Of a stretch of DNA of 45,095 bases, positions 18,710 to 27,500 are shown piece after piece (the stretch's first letter is position 1; every line of letters begins with the position of its first letter). Both the position numbers and the translations under genes were made by a program. The DNA lies in contig JAPLDX010000057.1 of NCBI GenBank assembly GCA_026391215.1, positions 1 to 45,095 on the forward strand. The letters run 5' to 3'. The DNA comes from Bacteroidia bacterium (lineage in GTDB: Bacteria > Bacteroidota > Bacteroidia > Bacteroidales > VadinHA17). The notes beneath the pieces were generated by a model. That model made no database searches. It was not told the DNA's origin and worked only from the letters and a program-made list of their open reading frames with translations.

Positions 18710-20488
18710 ATGGAAACACTCAAACTTACAATAGATAATAAGCAGGTTGAAGTGCCAAAAGGCACCACAATCAACAAAGCAGCCAAACAGCTTGGTATTG
18801 AAATACCGACTCTGTGCTATATGGAGCTGCACGATCTGAATATAGAGAATAATCCAGCCGGATGCCGCATATGTGTTGTTGAAGTGGAGAAAAGGCGCAA
18901 CCTGGCACCGTCATGCGCAACCAGATGCGAAGAAGGTATGGTGGTTAAAACACATACTACCAGGGTTTTAAATGCCCGCCGGACAGTCATGGAGTTTATT
19001 CTTTCAGATCATCCGAAAGATTGCCTGATATGCGCAAAATCAGGTAATTGCGATCTCCAGGCAATGGCTCATCAACTGGGGATCAGGGAGATACCCGGAC
19101 AGGAAATAGCTGCCATGTCGACATACAAGAAAGATACCTCTCCTTCAATTATAAGGAACCAGGATAAATGCATCCTTTGCCGTCGCTGCGAAATGATGTG
19201 CAATACTGTCCAGACAGTAGGTGCATTATCAGCAGTCAACAGGGGATTCATGGCAACGGTAGCTCCGGCATTCGAGCAAAACCTTGAATATTCAACATGC
19301 ACTTATTGCGGTCAGTGTGTTGCAGTTTGTCCAACAGGAGCCCTTACCGAGGTGGATAATACCCCTGATGTACTGCGCGCGCTTGCAGATCCCACAAAGA
19401 CTGTCATTGTTCAGACAGCTCCTGCAGTACGTGCTGCTCTCGGTGAATTGTTCGGTATGGAACCCGGCACGCTTGTAACAGGTAAAATGGTAACGGCATT
19501 AAGAGCCCTCGGGTTCGATTATGTTTTTGATACAGATTTTGCCGCCGATCTTACAATCATGGAAGAAGGCACGGAGCTTCTTGACAGGCTGACCAGACAC
19601 CTTAAGGGAGACAAGACAGCCAGGCTGCCGATCCTCACCTCATGCTGCCCGGGTTGGGTGAACTTCTTCGAGGAGTACTTCCCCGATCTGAAGGATGTAC
19701 CTTCAACTTCAAAATCGCCTCAGCAGATGTTCGGCGCTATTGCCAAAACTTATTTCGCAGATAAAATAAAAGTAAACAGGAAAGATCTTGTGGTTGTTTC
19801 AATCATGCCATGCCTGGCAAAAAAATATGAGTGCCAGAGAGAAGAGTTCTCACTGGATGGCAACAGGGATGTCGATTTCTCAATTTCCACCAGAGAGCTT
19901 GCCGCTTTCATAAAACAGGCAAATATCGATCTTAACAACCTGGAGGAGGGTGAATTTGATGCTCCGTTGGGCGAATCAACGGGCGCTGGCGTTATCTTCG
20001 GGACAACCGGTGGTGTCATTGAAGCTGCTGTGCGTACGGCATATGAAGTACATACCGGTAAAAAACTTCCAAAGGTTGATTTCAATGAGCTCAGAGGGCT
20101 GGAAGGAGTTCGCTCCGCAACTATTGACTTCGACGGACTACCAATAAATATAGGGATTGCCCATGGACTGGGGAATGCAAGGAAGCTCCTTAATGACGTC
20201 AGATCAGGGAAGTCGAAGTTCCATGCAATAGAAGTTATGGCATGCCCGGGCGGATGCATCGGTGGCGGTGGACAGCCTTTACACCATGGTAATTCGGAGA
20301 TAATTAAAGCCAGAGCTGCTGCAATCTATGCTGAAGACAAAAAGAAGCCTCTGAGAAAATCTCATGAGAATCCGTTCATAATCAAGCTCTATGAGGAATT
20401 CCTTGGTAAGCCCAACAGTGAAAAAGCTCACCACTTGCTTCACACAAAGTATTTTGATAAAAAGAAGAAAATCATTGTAAAACAATAA
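18710..20488 (+). CDS. hydA: [FeFe]-hydrogenase catalytic subunit (HydA/HndD, group A3)
   Basis: H-cluster motifs TSCCPGW, MPCLAKKYE and EVMACPGGCIGGGGQP; N-terminal [2Fe-2S], His-ligated HPKDCLIC..C and two [4Fe-4S] motifs. Confidence 0.96.
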   Translation: METLKLTIDNKQVEVPKGTTINKAAKQLGIEIPTLCYMELHDLNIENNPAGCRICVVEVEKRRNLAPSCATRCEEGMVVKTHTTRVLNARRTVMEFILSDHPKDCLICAKSGNCDLQAMAHQLGIREIPGQEIAAMSTYKKDTSPSIIRNQDKCILCRRCEMMCNTVQTVGALSAVNRGFMATVAPAFEQNLEYSTCTYCGQCVAVCPTGALTEVDNTPDVLRALADPTKTVIVQTAPAVRAALGELFGMEPGTLVTGKMVTALRALGFDYVFDTDFAADLTIMEEGTELLDRLTRHLKGDKTARLPILTSCCPGWVNFFEEYFPDLKDVPSTSKSPQQMFGAIAKTYFADKIKVNRKDLVVVSIMPCLAKKYECQREEFSLDGNRDVDFSISTRELAAFIKQANIDLNNLEEGEFDAPLGESTGAGVIFGTTGGVIEAAVRTAYEVHTGKKLPKVDFNELRGLEGVRSATIDFDGLPINIGIAHGLGNARKLLNDVRSGKSKFHAIEVMACPGGCIGGGGQPLHHGNSEIIKARAAAIYAEDKKKPLRKSHENPFIIKLYEEFLGKPNSEKAHHLLHTKYFDKKKKIIVKQ

Positions 20489-20521
20489 GTTACCGCTTGG
20501 TATCATTTAAAATTCAATGCT

Positions 20522-21013
20522 ATGTCAAGTATTAAAATAGAACTGAGACAGGAAGATGTCAATAAGATCAAAGAGATCTGCACATCTTTCAACAATGATC
20601 CGCAGGAGCTCATCAATGTTCTGCACAAGTGCCAGGAACATTTCGGTTATCTCCCTGCCGAGGTACAGGAAGTCATTTCCAATGAGCTCGTCGTTCCGGT
20701 TGCAAAGATCTATGGTGTTGTGACCTTTTACTCATTTTTTACAATGACGCCAAAGGGGAAACATCCTGTCAGCATATGTATGGGTACAGCCTGTTATGTA
20801 CGCGGCGCTGAGAAGGTGCTTGATGAGTTCAAAAAGGAGCTTGGCCTTCAGGTCGGGCAGACCACCAATGATGGAAAGTTTTCGCTTTCAAGCCTGAGAT
20901 GTGTTGGAGCTTGCGGTCTGGCACCTGTAGTAATGGTAGGTGACAAGACGTACGGCCGGGTTGCTCCCGATGATGTAAGGAATATCCTTAAGGAATACGA
21001 AGAAGGAAAATAA
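20522..21013 (+). CDS. hydC: [FeFe]-hydrogenase [2Fe-2S] subunit (HydC/HndA, NuoE-like)
   Basis: GVVTFYSFF; CMGTAC; CVGACGLAPV. Confidence 0.94.
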   Translation: MSSIKIELRQEDVNKIKEICTSFNNDPQELINVLHKCQEHFGYLPAEVQEVISNELVVPVAKIYGVVTFYSFFTMTPKGKHPVSICMGTACYVRGAEKVLDEFKKELGLQVGQTTNDGKFSLSSLRCVGACGLAPVVMVGDKTYGRVAPDDVRNILKEYEEGK

Positions 21014-21036
21014 GATCCTGATTCAATTGTTAACTG

Positions 21037-21072
21037 GAAGCGGCTGTTTGTCAAATCACCGCTTCTTTTTTT
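21037..21072 (+). terminator. Intrinsic terminator of the hydrogenase operon
   Basis: GAAGCGG (21037-43) pairs with CCGCTTC (21059-65), followed by T7. Confidence 0.75.
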
Positions 21073-21132
21073 CCCTTTTACGTAACATTTTGTATAAATT
21101 CCCTTGTTTTCAAATCTTAAAACAAAAGACAT

Positions 21133-21816
21133 ATGATAAACGCGAGAAACATAAGAGGTCATGTTTTTACAGTAATTCTTGTTTTTCTGGGAATTACAGG
21201 ATACTCACAGGATACTGACTGTAAAGTCAACATGCCTTCTATCTCAGGTAAATATACCGGAGAATGCAAAAAAGGACTGGCACATGGACAGGGTGATTCA
21301 CAGGGAATTGATCGCTATTCCGGAAGCTTCAGATATGGATTGCCGCAGGGGATAGGAACCTATACGTGGGCAGATGGATCCAGCTATGAGGGCCACTGGA
21401 ACAAAGGGATGAAAGATGGCGGAGGAAAGATGGTAACCAGAGATTCTACATATACGGGGATATGGAATGAGGATAAATATATCGGTAAAGAAATTATTTC
21501 ACCGTATAAAATTGACCGTTCCCAGAATGTTACCAAGTATACATTTTTCAAATCCAAAAGTACTTATAACGTGATCAGGATAAGGTTCTTTCAGGGTGCA
21601 GTCGAGGCAGGAGGTCTCAAATCAGTTGATATAGCGTACACCAGCGGAGAACAATTCCATGATGGAACCGTTTATGGAATTCAGAATCCGACTTTCCCTA
21701 TCGATGTAAGGGTAAAGTTTATAGCTGATAATAGTTTCGGACAAGCACAGTTCGAGGGTTCTTTTGACTTTACAATCAATGAGCCCGGCGCCTGGGATGT
21801 AAGAATCTCATACTGA
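21133..21816 (+). CDS. Secreted MORN-repeat hypothetical protein
   Basis: Signal peptide; repeats YTGECKKGLAHGQG, YSGSFRYGLPQGIGTY and YEGHWNKGMKDGGG. Confidence 0.75.
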   Translation: MINARNIRGHVFTVILVFLGITGYSQDTDCKVNMPSISGKYTGECKKGLAHGQGDSQGIDRYSGSFRYGLPQGIGTYTWADGSSYEGHWNKGMKDGGGKMVTRDSTYTGIWNEDKYIGKEIISPYKIDRSQNVTKYTFFKSKSTYNVIRIRFFQGAVEAGGLKSVDIAYTSGEQFHDGTVYGIQNPTFPIDVRVKFIADNSFGQAQFEGSFDFTINEPGAWDVRISY

Positions 21817-21856
21817 TCCCTTGCTTATCGTGGGAATATTTATCCTGAGAATTTGA

Positions 21857-23662
21857 TCAGCTCCTGTTTTTCTTTCCCTGGAAGCCGGCTGCCGGTCGCC
21901 GGTCGCCGGTTTTGTACCAGAAAAAATGCTCCTTCTGCCGTTTTTTCTCGTCTGGATTCCTTGCAACATATACTTGTTTCCCGGTATAGGGATCAAAACC
22001 GGTATAATACATAAGTGTCGAAAGAGTCATGGGTGTCGGTGTAAAGTCCTGAACCTGTTCCGGCCTGATACCCAGACTTTTAACTTCTCCGGCAAGCTCT
22101 TTCATATCTGCGTCGGTACAGCCAGGGTGGGATGATATGAAATATGGTATGATCTCATATTTCAAACCTCCCCTGGCAGTTATTGCATCAAACTTATTTT
22201 TCAGCTGGCGGAATAATTCAAAAGGCGCTTTCCGCATCTGTTTCAGTACTTTAGAACTTGTATGTTCAGGAGCAACCTTCAGCCTGCCGGAAACATGATT
22301 CGTGATAAGCTCTTCAAGATATTCATTCTCAGCTTTGCCGGCATTCCTGTTCCATTCTGTAAACAACATATCATATCTGATACCGCTACCTACAAAGGCT
22401 TTTTTAATGCCATCCATCCCGTTAACCTTTTTATACAGGTCCGTCAACTTATGGTGACTGGTATCAAGGTTGGGGCAGACTGATGGCCAGATGCACGAAG
22501 GTCTGGAACATTTCAGGCACATTTCAATTTCCTTCCCCTTCATCCCATACATATTTGCCGACGGACCTCCAATATCCGACAGATATCCCTTAAAATCCGG
22601 CATCTGCGAAATCTTTTCAATTTCTTTCAGTATTGAATTCTCCGACCTGCTTACAATCTGTTTTCCCTGGTGGGCGGCTATAGCACAGAAGCTGCATCCA
22701 CCGAAACAGCCGCGATGAATATTTACCGAGAATTTTATCATTTCAAAGGCAGGTATAGGCCCTTTCTTATCATACCTGGGATGAGGCTCATACATGTAAG
22801 GCAGATCATACGAAGCATCCGCCTCTTCTTCATGCATAGCAGCAAAGGGAGGATTAATAATTACAGAATAATCTCCTGTCGGTTCGATAAGCCTTGCAGC
22901 TTCCATCCTGTTTGATTCCTTCTCAAAAGCCACGAAGTTCTCAGCAAATAATTTCTTGTCTTTCAGACACTTCTCAAATGAATGAAGAGTGATGTCCTTC
23001 CACATCTTGTTCTTCGGTGCTGTTTCGTTTTTACGGATGACAAACCCTGTCTGAGACACTGTTTTAAGTGAAGAAAACGGTACTCCCTTGCCCAGGAGCC
23101 TCATAATTTCACGTATTGGCTGCTCTCCCATCCCGTAAATGAGCATATCAGCACCACTGCTTATCAGAATTGAAGGTTCAAGCTTGTCCTTCCAGTAATC
23201 GTAGTGGGCAAGCCTGCGCATAGATGCTTCTATTCCCCCGATTACTACCGGCACATCGGGAAAAAGTTCCTTCAGGATCTTTGTATAAACGATCGTCGCA
23301 TAATCAGGCCTGAATCCAGCTTTTCCTCCCGGAGTATATGCATCATCGGAACGGAGGCGGCGGGCTGCAGTATAATGGTTCACCATTGAATCCATATTAC
23401 CTGCCGTGACTCCGAAAAAGTATTTCGGTTTTCCCAGCTTACGGAAATCCCTCAGATCATCTTTCCAGTTTGGCTGGGGGACAATGGCTACCCTGAATCC
23501 TTCATTCTCAACTACCCTGCCTATAACGGCAGGTCCGAAAGAAGGGTGATCAACATAGGCATCGCCGCTGAAAATAATTACATCCACCTCATCCCATCCC
23601 CGTATTTCAAGATCTTTTCTGCTGGAAGGCAGCCAATTGCTTATATCTTTCCTTTCTTTCAA
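21857..23662 (-). CDS. ygiQ: YgiQ (UPF0313) radical SAM protein
   Basis: GDAYVDHPSFG; CxxxCxxC in RGCFGGCSFC; LKVAPEH; QVQDFTPTP. TTG start with TAATTTTG upstream (23690-23683). Confidence 0.92.
   Translation of the reverse strand: MKERKDISNWLPSSRKDLEIRGWDEVDVIIFSGDAYVDHPSFGPAVIGRVVENEGFRVAIVPQPNWKDDLRDFRKLGKPKYFFGVTAGNMDSMVNHYTAARRLRSDDAYTPGGKAGFRPDYATIVYTKILKELFPDVPVVIGGIEASMRRLAHYDYWKDKLEPSILISSGADMLIYGMGEQPIREIMRLLGKGVPFSSLKTVSQTGFVIRKNETAPKNKMWKDITLHSFEKCLKDKKLFAENFVAFEKESNRMEAARLIEPTGDYSVIINPPFAAMHEEEADASYDLPYMYEPHPRYDKKGPIPAFEMIKFSVNIHRGCFGGCSFCAIAAHQGKQIVSRSENSILKEIEKISQMPDFKGYLSDIGGPSANMYGMKGKEIEMCLKCSRPSCIWPSVCPNLDTSHHKLTDLYKKVNGMDGIKKAFVGSGIRYDMLFTEWNRNAGKAENEYLEELITNHVSGRLKVAPEHTSSKVLKQMRKAPFELFRQLKNKFDAITARGGLKYEIIPYFISSHPGCTDADMKELAGEVKSLGIRPEQVQDFTPTPMTLSTLMYYTGFDPYTGKQVYVARNPDEKKRQKEHFFWYKTGDRRPAAGFQGKKNRS
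21878..21910. repeat. Heptamer tandem array inside the 3' end of ygiQ
   Basis: CTGGAAG CCGGCTG CCGGTCG CCGGTCG CCGGT. Confidence 0.7.
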
Positions 23663-23761
23663 TTATATGAAATGAGTGAGTTCAAAATTATGCAATGTTT
23701 TGGACATTGTTACGGCCTGATTGTTGCAGATATTGTTTTGACAAAATCGGGAAAATCGGAT

Positions 23762-25993
23762 ATGGATATTAAAAAGACCATACAGCAGCATAAACAGCTT
23801 TGCTCTTTTATTTCAGAAAAAAAAGTAAAGCAAAGTCTTGATATACTGTCAGATATGCTGACTGGAACGTCATCCGGAGACCTTCGTGACGAGTACGAAA
23901 ACCTGGTCATGACCTACAGGAATATGCTTACCTATACCATAGAAGGCATTAACGATCCTGAACGCAACAAGGTATATCTTAAGCTCATCCAGTCAATTTT
24001 GGAACTATCCGACAAGGTAAGACAGGACATATTGTCACATTCTTCAGGATGGAACACCTACTGGACAAAGCAGCAGACAGAAAAAGAGCAGAAGCTGAGC
24101 GGCAAGACCATTGTTGAGACGGTTGATGACCTGATGTTCAAATCAGAGCTTGATGAGTGGCTCAGGCTGAGCAATGAGATCAATCCCAATCCGGAGTCAG
24201 AATTATCAAGGAAACATAAGCAGCTTATTAAAAATATATTTAATCATCTGTGGCTTACAGATTATTACGGGGAAGCTGAGGAGAGTCTTATCAATATCAT
24301 ACTTAATTCAGGCAAATTCAGATGGTATGAATCAAGCATTTTTACAACCGCAATAACATTAAGTGCCTTAAGGACATGGCAGTCGGAGAAGCTGCTTCAC
24401 CTGATGAATATATATGAATCGGGACAGGAACAGGTTATGGAAAGGGCTCTTTCGGGACTTATTCTTAATCTGCACTATTATAACGGAAGGATTCTTCTTT
24501 ATCCTGAAATAACGATAAGACTTAGCAGAATGTCAAAATTACCTGCCTTCAGTGAGCGTTGCAGGATTATCGTTCTGCAGACAATCCGATCTCGTGAGAC
24601 GGAGAAGCTCAGCAGGAAGCTTCACGATGAGATATTACCCCAGGTGGCTAAGCTCAGGCCGAGGATTGAAGAGAAGCTTGACCTGGATAATATACTGCCA
24701 AATGATAAAAATGAGGAAAAGAATCCGGACTGGTCAACTGTATTCAGCGACTCAGAGGAAATTTTTAAGACTATGGAGGAGCTGACAAAGCTGCAGATGG
24801 AAGGTGCGGATGTTTACATGTCTGCTTTTGCCAACCTGAAGCACTTTGATTTCTTCAAGGACTTTCAGAACTGGTTTGTTCCATTTTATCCTGACCATGA
24901 GGTCCTTAACGAAATATTCACGGATGAAGTGCTTGGACCAGGAACTAATGAACTGGCTGATGCCATGTACCAGACGCCATTCATCTGTAATTCCGATAAG
25001 TATTCGCTCATTCTGAATCTTAAATATCTTCCTTCAACACAAAAGAGCATGATGCTTAAGGTATTCCGCATGGAACTTGAGGGCCTGCAGCAGATGAATG
25101 ATGATGATTCTGTCACAGATCCGAATAAAAAATTCAGGACAAACGTGACGCAATATCTGCAGGATATTTACAGGTTCTTCAAGCTTTCTCCTTACAGGAA
25201 AGAGTTTGAGGACATTTTTACTGGCAGGCTGGATATTTATAATTCTGCGTTTTTCAGGCTTACAGGCAACGGATCGGAAGCAGAAGCAGGACTTGCCGAT
25301 TACTTCTTCAGAAGGGACTTTTATGAAGATGCCCTTTCTTTATTCCTGAAGCAAACAAAAGAGAAACCTGATGTTGCAGAATTGTATGAGAAAACAGGTT
25401 ATTGCTATCAGCAGATCGCTGATTATGAGGAGGCTCTGAAGTATTACAGGATGGCAGAGCTTATCGACAGGAAAGTATGGACAATAAAGAAAATAGGATT
25501 ATGTCTGCGCCGGCTTGGGAAAAATGAGGAGGCGCTTGAGTATTACGTCCGGGCCGGGGAAATGGAGCCGGATAATATACATACCGCTATAATGACGGCT
25601 CACTGTTTTCTTGATATGAAGGAATATGAGCAGGCACTGAAGTACTATTTCAGGATTGAATACACTGATCCTGGTAACCTTAAGATCCTCAGGCCTATAG
25701 CATACTGTTATTTTGCCCTTGGCAGATTTGATGATTCTGAAAAATACTATGAGCGGTTGTTAGCCGGTAAGCTTAATGCCCATGATCTGATCAACATGGG
25801 GCACCTGGCATTGTGCCGCAGCAGAAAGAAAGAGGCTATTGATCTTTACAGGCAAAGCATACTCAGCGGAGAATTGCCAAAGGATAAATTCATGGCAATT
25901 TTTGCCGAGGACAGGAATTTACTTATAACTCTGGGAGTTAATCCTGATGATCTTCCGATCCTGCTTGATTATCTGCTATTTAATATCGGGTAA
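23762..25993 (+). CDS. Tetratricopeptide-repeat protein
   Basis: Helical N-terminus with EGADVY..F and FICNSDKYS; several C-terminal TPRs (e.g. GYCYQQIADYEEALKYY). ATG 23762 is preferred because the GTG 23546 extension overlaps ygiQ. Confidence 0.85.
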   Translation: MDIKKTIQQHKQLCSFISEKKVKQSLDILSDMLTGTSSGDLRDEYENLVMTYRNMLTYTIEGINDPERNKVYLKLIQSILELSDKVRQDILSHSSGWNTYWTKQQTEKEQKLSGKTIVETVDDLMFKSELDEWLRLSNEINPNPESELSRKHKQLIKNIFNHLWLTDYYGEAEESLINIILNSGKFRWYESSIFTTAITLSALRTWQSEKLLHLMNIYESGQEQVMERALSGLILNLHYYNGRILLYPEITIRLSRMSKLPAFSERCRIIVLQTIRSRETEKLSRKLHDEILPQVAKLRPRIEEKLDLDNILPNDKNEEKNPDWSTVFSDSEEIFKTMEELTKLQMEGADVYMSAFANLKHFDFFKDFQNWFVPFYPDHEVLNEIFTDEVLGPGTNELADAMYQTPFICNSDKYSLILNLKYLPSTQKSMMLKVFRMELEGLQQMNDDDSVTDPNKKFRTNVTQYLQDIYRFFKLSPYRKEFEDIFTGRLDIYNSAFFRLTGNGSEAEAGLADYFFRRDFYEDALSLFLKQTKEKPDVAELYEKTGYCYQQIADYEEALKYYRMAELIDRKVWTIKKIGLCLRRLGKNEEALEYYVRAGEMEPDNIHTAIMTAHCFLDMKEYEQALKYYFRIEYTDPGNLKILRPIAYCYFALGRFDDSEKYYERLLAGKLNAHDLINMGHLALCRSRKKEAIDLYRQSILSGELPKDKFMAIFAEDRNLLITLGVNPDDLPILLDYLLFNIG

Positions 25994-26488
25994 ACCAGTT
26001 GTATCATGTGGTGGCGGTGGCGGCGGGCCTTGCATCTCACCATGGAATGGCATACCCTGAGGTTCTTCTCCATGGCCGGCCGATCTCATTCTCCTGTTAA
26101 AAGTAGAATCACCTTTGCCTCTTCTGCTTTGCCTGATCATCTCTTGCCTGCGTTCATCCATCTCCTTTATCCTTAGAAGCTGTTCTTTTGTGAGTTTCGA
26201 ATCGAGCTCTTTTCTGAAAGCTTTCATATTTGAATCGAGGTCCTTCCTGAAATCCTGCTGGAAACTGCTGTTCACTTTTGCATATTTATCAAGGATCTTT
26301 TCTATTTCAGCCTTCTGCTTCTCATCAGGTTGAATGGTCTTATAGAATCCTTCCCTGAAGTGTTCTTCAGAAAAATAGAACCTTACAGGCTGAAGTTTGT
26401 GCAGCCTTACCTGCGCTGATGTCAGCCATCCAAGAAAAAATCCGATCAACAGGGTCACAATAATTATTAAAATTGACTTTGCTTTCAT
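25976..26488 (-). CDS. Membrane-anchored helical periplasmic protein (Spy/CpxP-like), third gene of the ECF cluster
   Basis: N-terminal TM; DEKQKAEI and LTKEQ motifs; charged helices; Pro-rich tail. Confidence 0.55.
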   Translation of the reverse strand: MKAKSILIIIVTLLIGFFLGWLTSAQVRLHKLQPVRFYFSEEHFREGFYKTIQPDEKQKAEIEKILDKYAKVNSSFQQDFRKDLDSNMKAFRKELDSKLTKEQLLRIKEMDERRQEMIRQSRRGKGDSTFNRRMRSAGHGEEPQGMPFHGEMQGPPPPPPHDTTGLPDIK

Positions 26489-26501
26489 GTTTTATAAGAG
26501 G

Positions 26502-26855
26502 TTAATTGCCGGTAATCAGGTAAACAATACTTTCAGCATAGCCGTCACCCAATCCCAGGAATGAATTAAATGAAAAGGAATCCTGCATGACGAAGATAGA
26601 AATCATTAATATGACAATTGCAGCTATACCTGTAATTGCGATACGATAGAAAACAAAAGACAGACTCCTTGTAAAATCCACTTCCCGTTTTAAAGATAAT
26701 GTTCCTGCAAATATCCTGTCTGTGACCTTTTCAGTAAATCCATTTTTGAAATCAAAAGATACACCTTCACCTTCCAGGATACTTGCTATACTACCCGTAT
26801 CAGTCTCTCCATCCGTGGACCCGATAATGAGCTTTTTTATTTCGGAAGGTTTCAT
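26502..26855 (-). CDS. Putative single-TM anti-sigma factor
   Basis: Directly follows the ECF sigma gene; GFTEKVTDRI motif followed by one hydrophobic helix. Confidence 0.55.
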   Translation of the reverse strand: MKPSEIKKLIIGSTDGETDTGSIASILEGEGVSFDFKNGFTEKVTDRIFAGTLSLKREVDFTRSLSFVFYRIAITGIAAIVILMISIFVMQDSFSFNSFLGLGDGYAESIVYLITGN

Positions 26856-26860
26856 ATTTA

Positions 26861-27418
26861 TTATAGTTTTTTCAGTTTTTCTTTCAGCTGTTCCTGGGCT
26901 CTTGAGAGCCTTGAGAGCACTGTTCCAAGCGGGAGATCAAGTATCTCAGCTGTCTCCTTGGTGGAATAGCCCTGCAACAGTCTCATTGCCACAATAATCC
27001 TGAACCTGGGATCAAGGCTCATCAAAGCTTTGTTTACAATTTCCCTGGCTTCCCATTTTTCTTCATTTTCAGGATCTGCAATTTCATATTCCATCATTTC
27101 GTCGTTTTCTTTGTGCGAAAACATTGAAAAGAACCTTTTTCTTCTTTTTATCTCATTCAGGGTAAGGTTAACCGCTATTCTCTGAATATAGGTTGACAGT
27201 TTTGCCTCGCCCCTGAAGCTGGACAGAGAGTTATAAAGGTTAATAAATACTTCCTGCCCTATATCTTCTGAATAAACCGAATCACCAAGCATCCCTTTCA
27301 CTGTTCGTGCTACCATTCTCCGGTAACGGTTCACAATCTCTCCAAATGCAAGCTTATCGCCATCAATTGAAGCCTTAACCAGTTCTTCGTCGCCGGCAAG
27401 CCTGTACGATTCTTTCAT
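26861..27418 (-). CDS. ECF RNA polymerase sigma factor
   Basis: EDIGQEVF; FRGEAKLSTYIQRIAVN; region 4 STKETAEILDLPLGTVLSRLSRA. Confidence 0.95.
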   Translation of the reverse strand: MKESYRLAGDEELVKASIDGDKLAFGEIVNRYRRMVARTVKGMLGDSVYSEDIGQEVFINLYNSLSSFRGEAKLSTYIQRIAVNLTLNEIKRRKRFFSMFSHKENDEMMEYEIADPENEEKWEAREIVNKALMSLDPRFRIIVAMRLLQGYSTKETAEILDLPLGTVLSRLSRAQEQLKEKLKKL

Positions 27419-27430
27419 TATTCTATTGTT

Positions 27431-27459
27431 ATAGACAACGTTCCGGGAGCAATTATTCC
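27431..27459 (-). promoter_or_regulatory. Putative autoregulatory ECF promoter
   Basis: Minus strand reads GGAATAA-N16-GTCTAT, 12 nt upstream of the sigma ATG, resembling the sigmaE-type GGAACTT-N16-GTCnAA. Confidence 0.5.
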
Positions 27460-27500
27460 CAATTGTTAATTTTTATTAACAATACTTCCTTCATCGTTAT

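Noticed and set aside
16521-20259. Minus-strand ORFs of 145, 206 and 169 aa opposite the hydrogenase genes
   Set aside because: They lie antisense to strongly conserved genes and are typical shadow ORFs.
16899-21013. Respiratory complex I nuoE/F/G
   Set aside because: The large subunit has all three H-cluster motifs and no membrane nuo genes are adjacent.
23546-23761. N-terminal extensions given in the ORF track (also 29537, 34195, 36189, 38494)
   Set aside because: They overlap neighbouring genes or promoter elements; downstream ATGs fit better.
27462-27483. A third Rex box
   Set aside because: The half-site spacing is 6 nt rather than 4; kept only as an unassigned palindrome.
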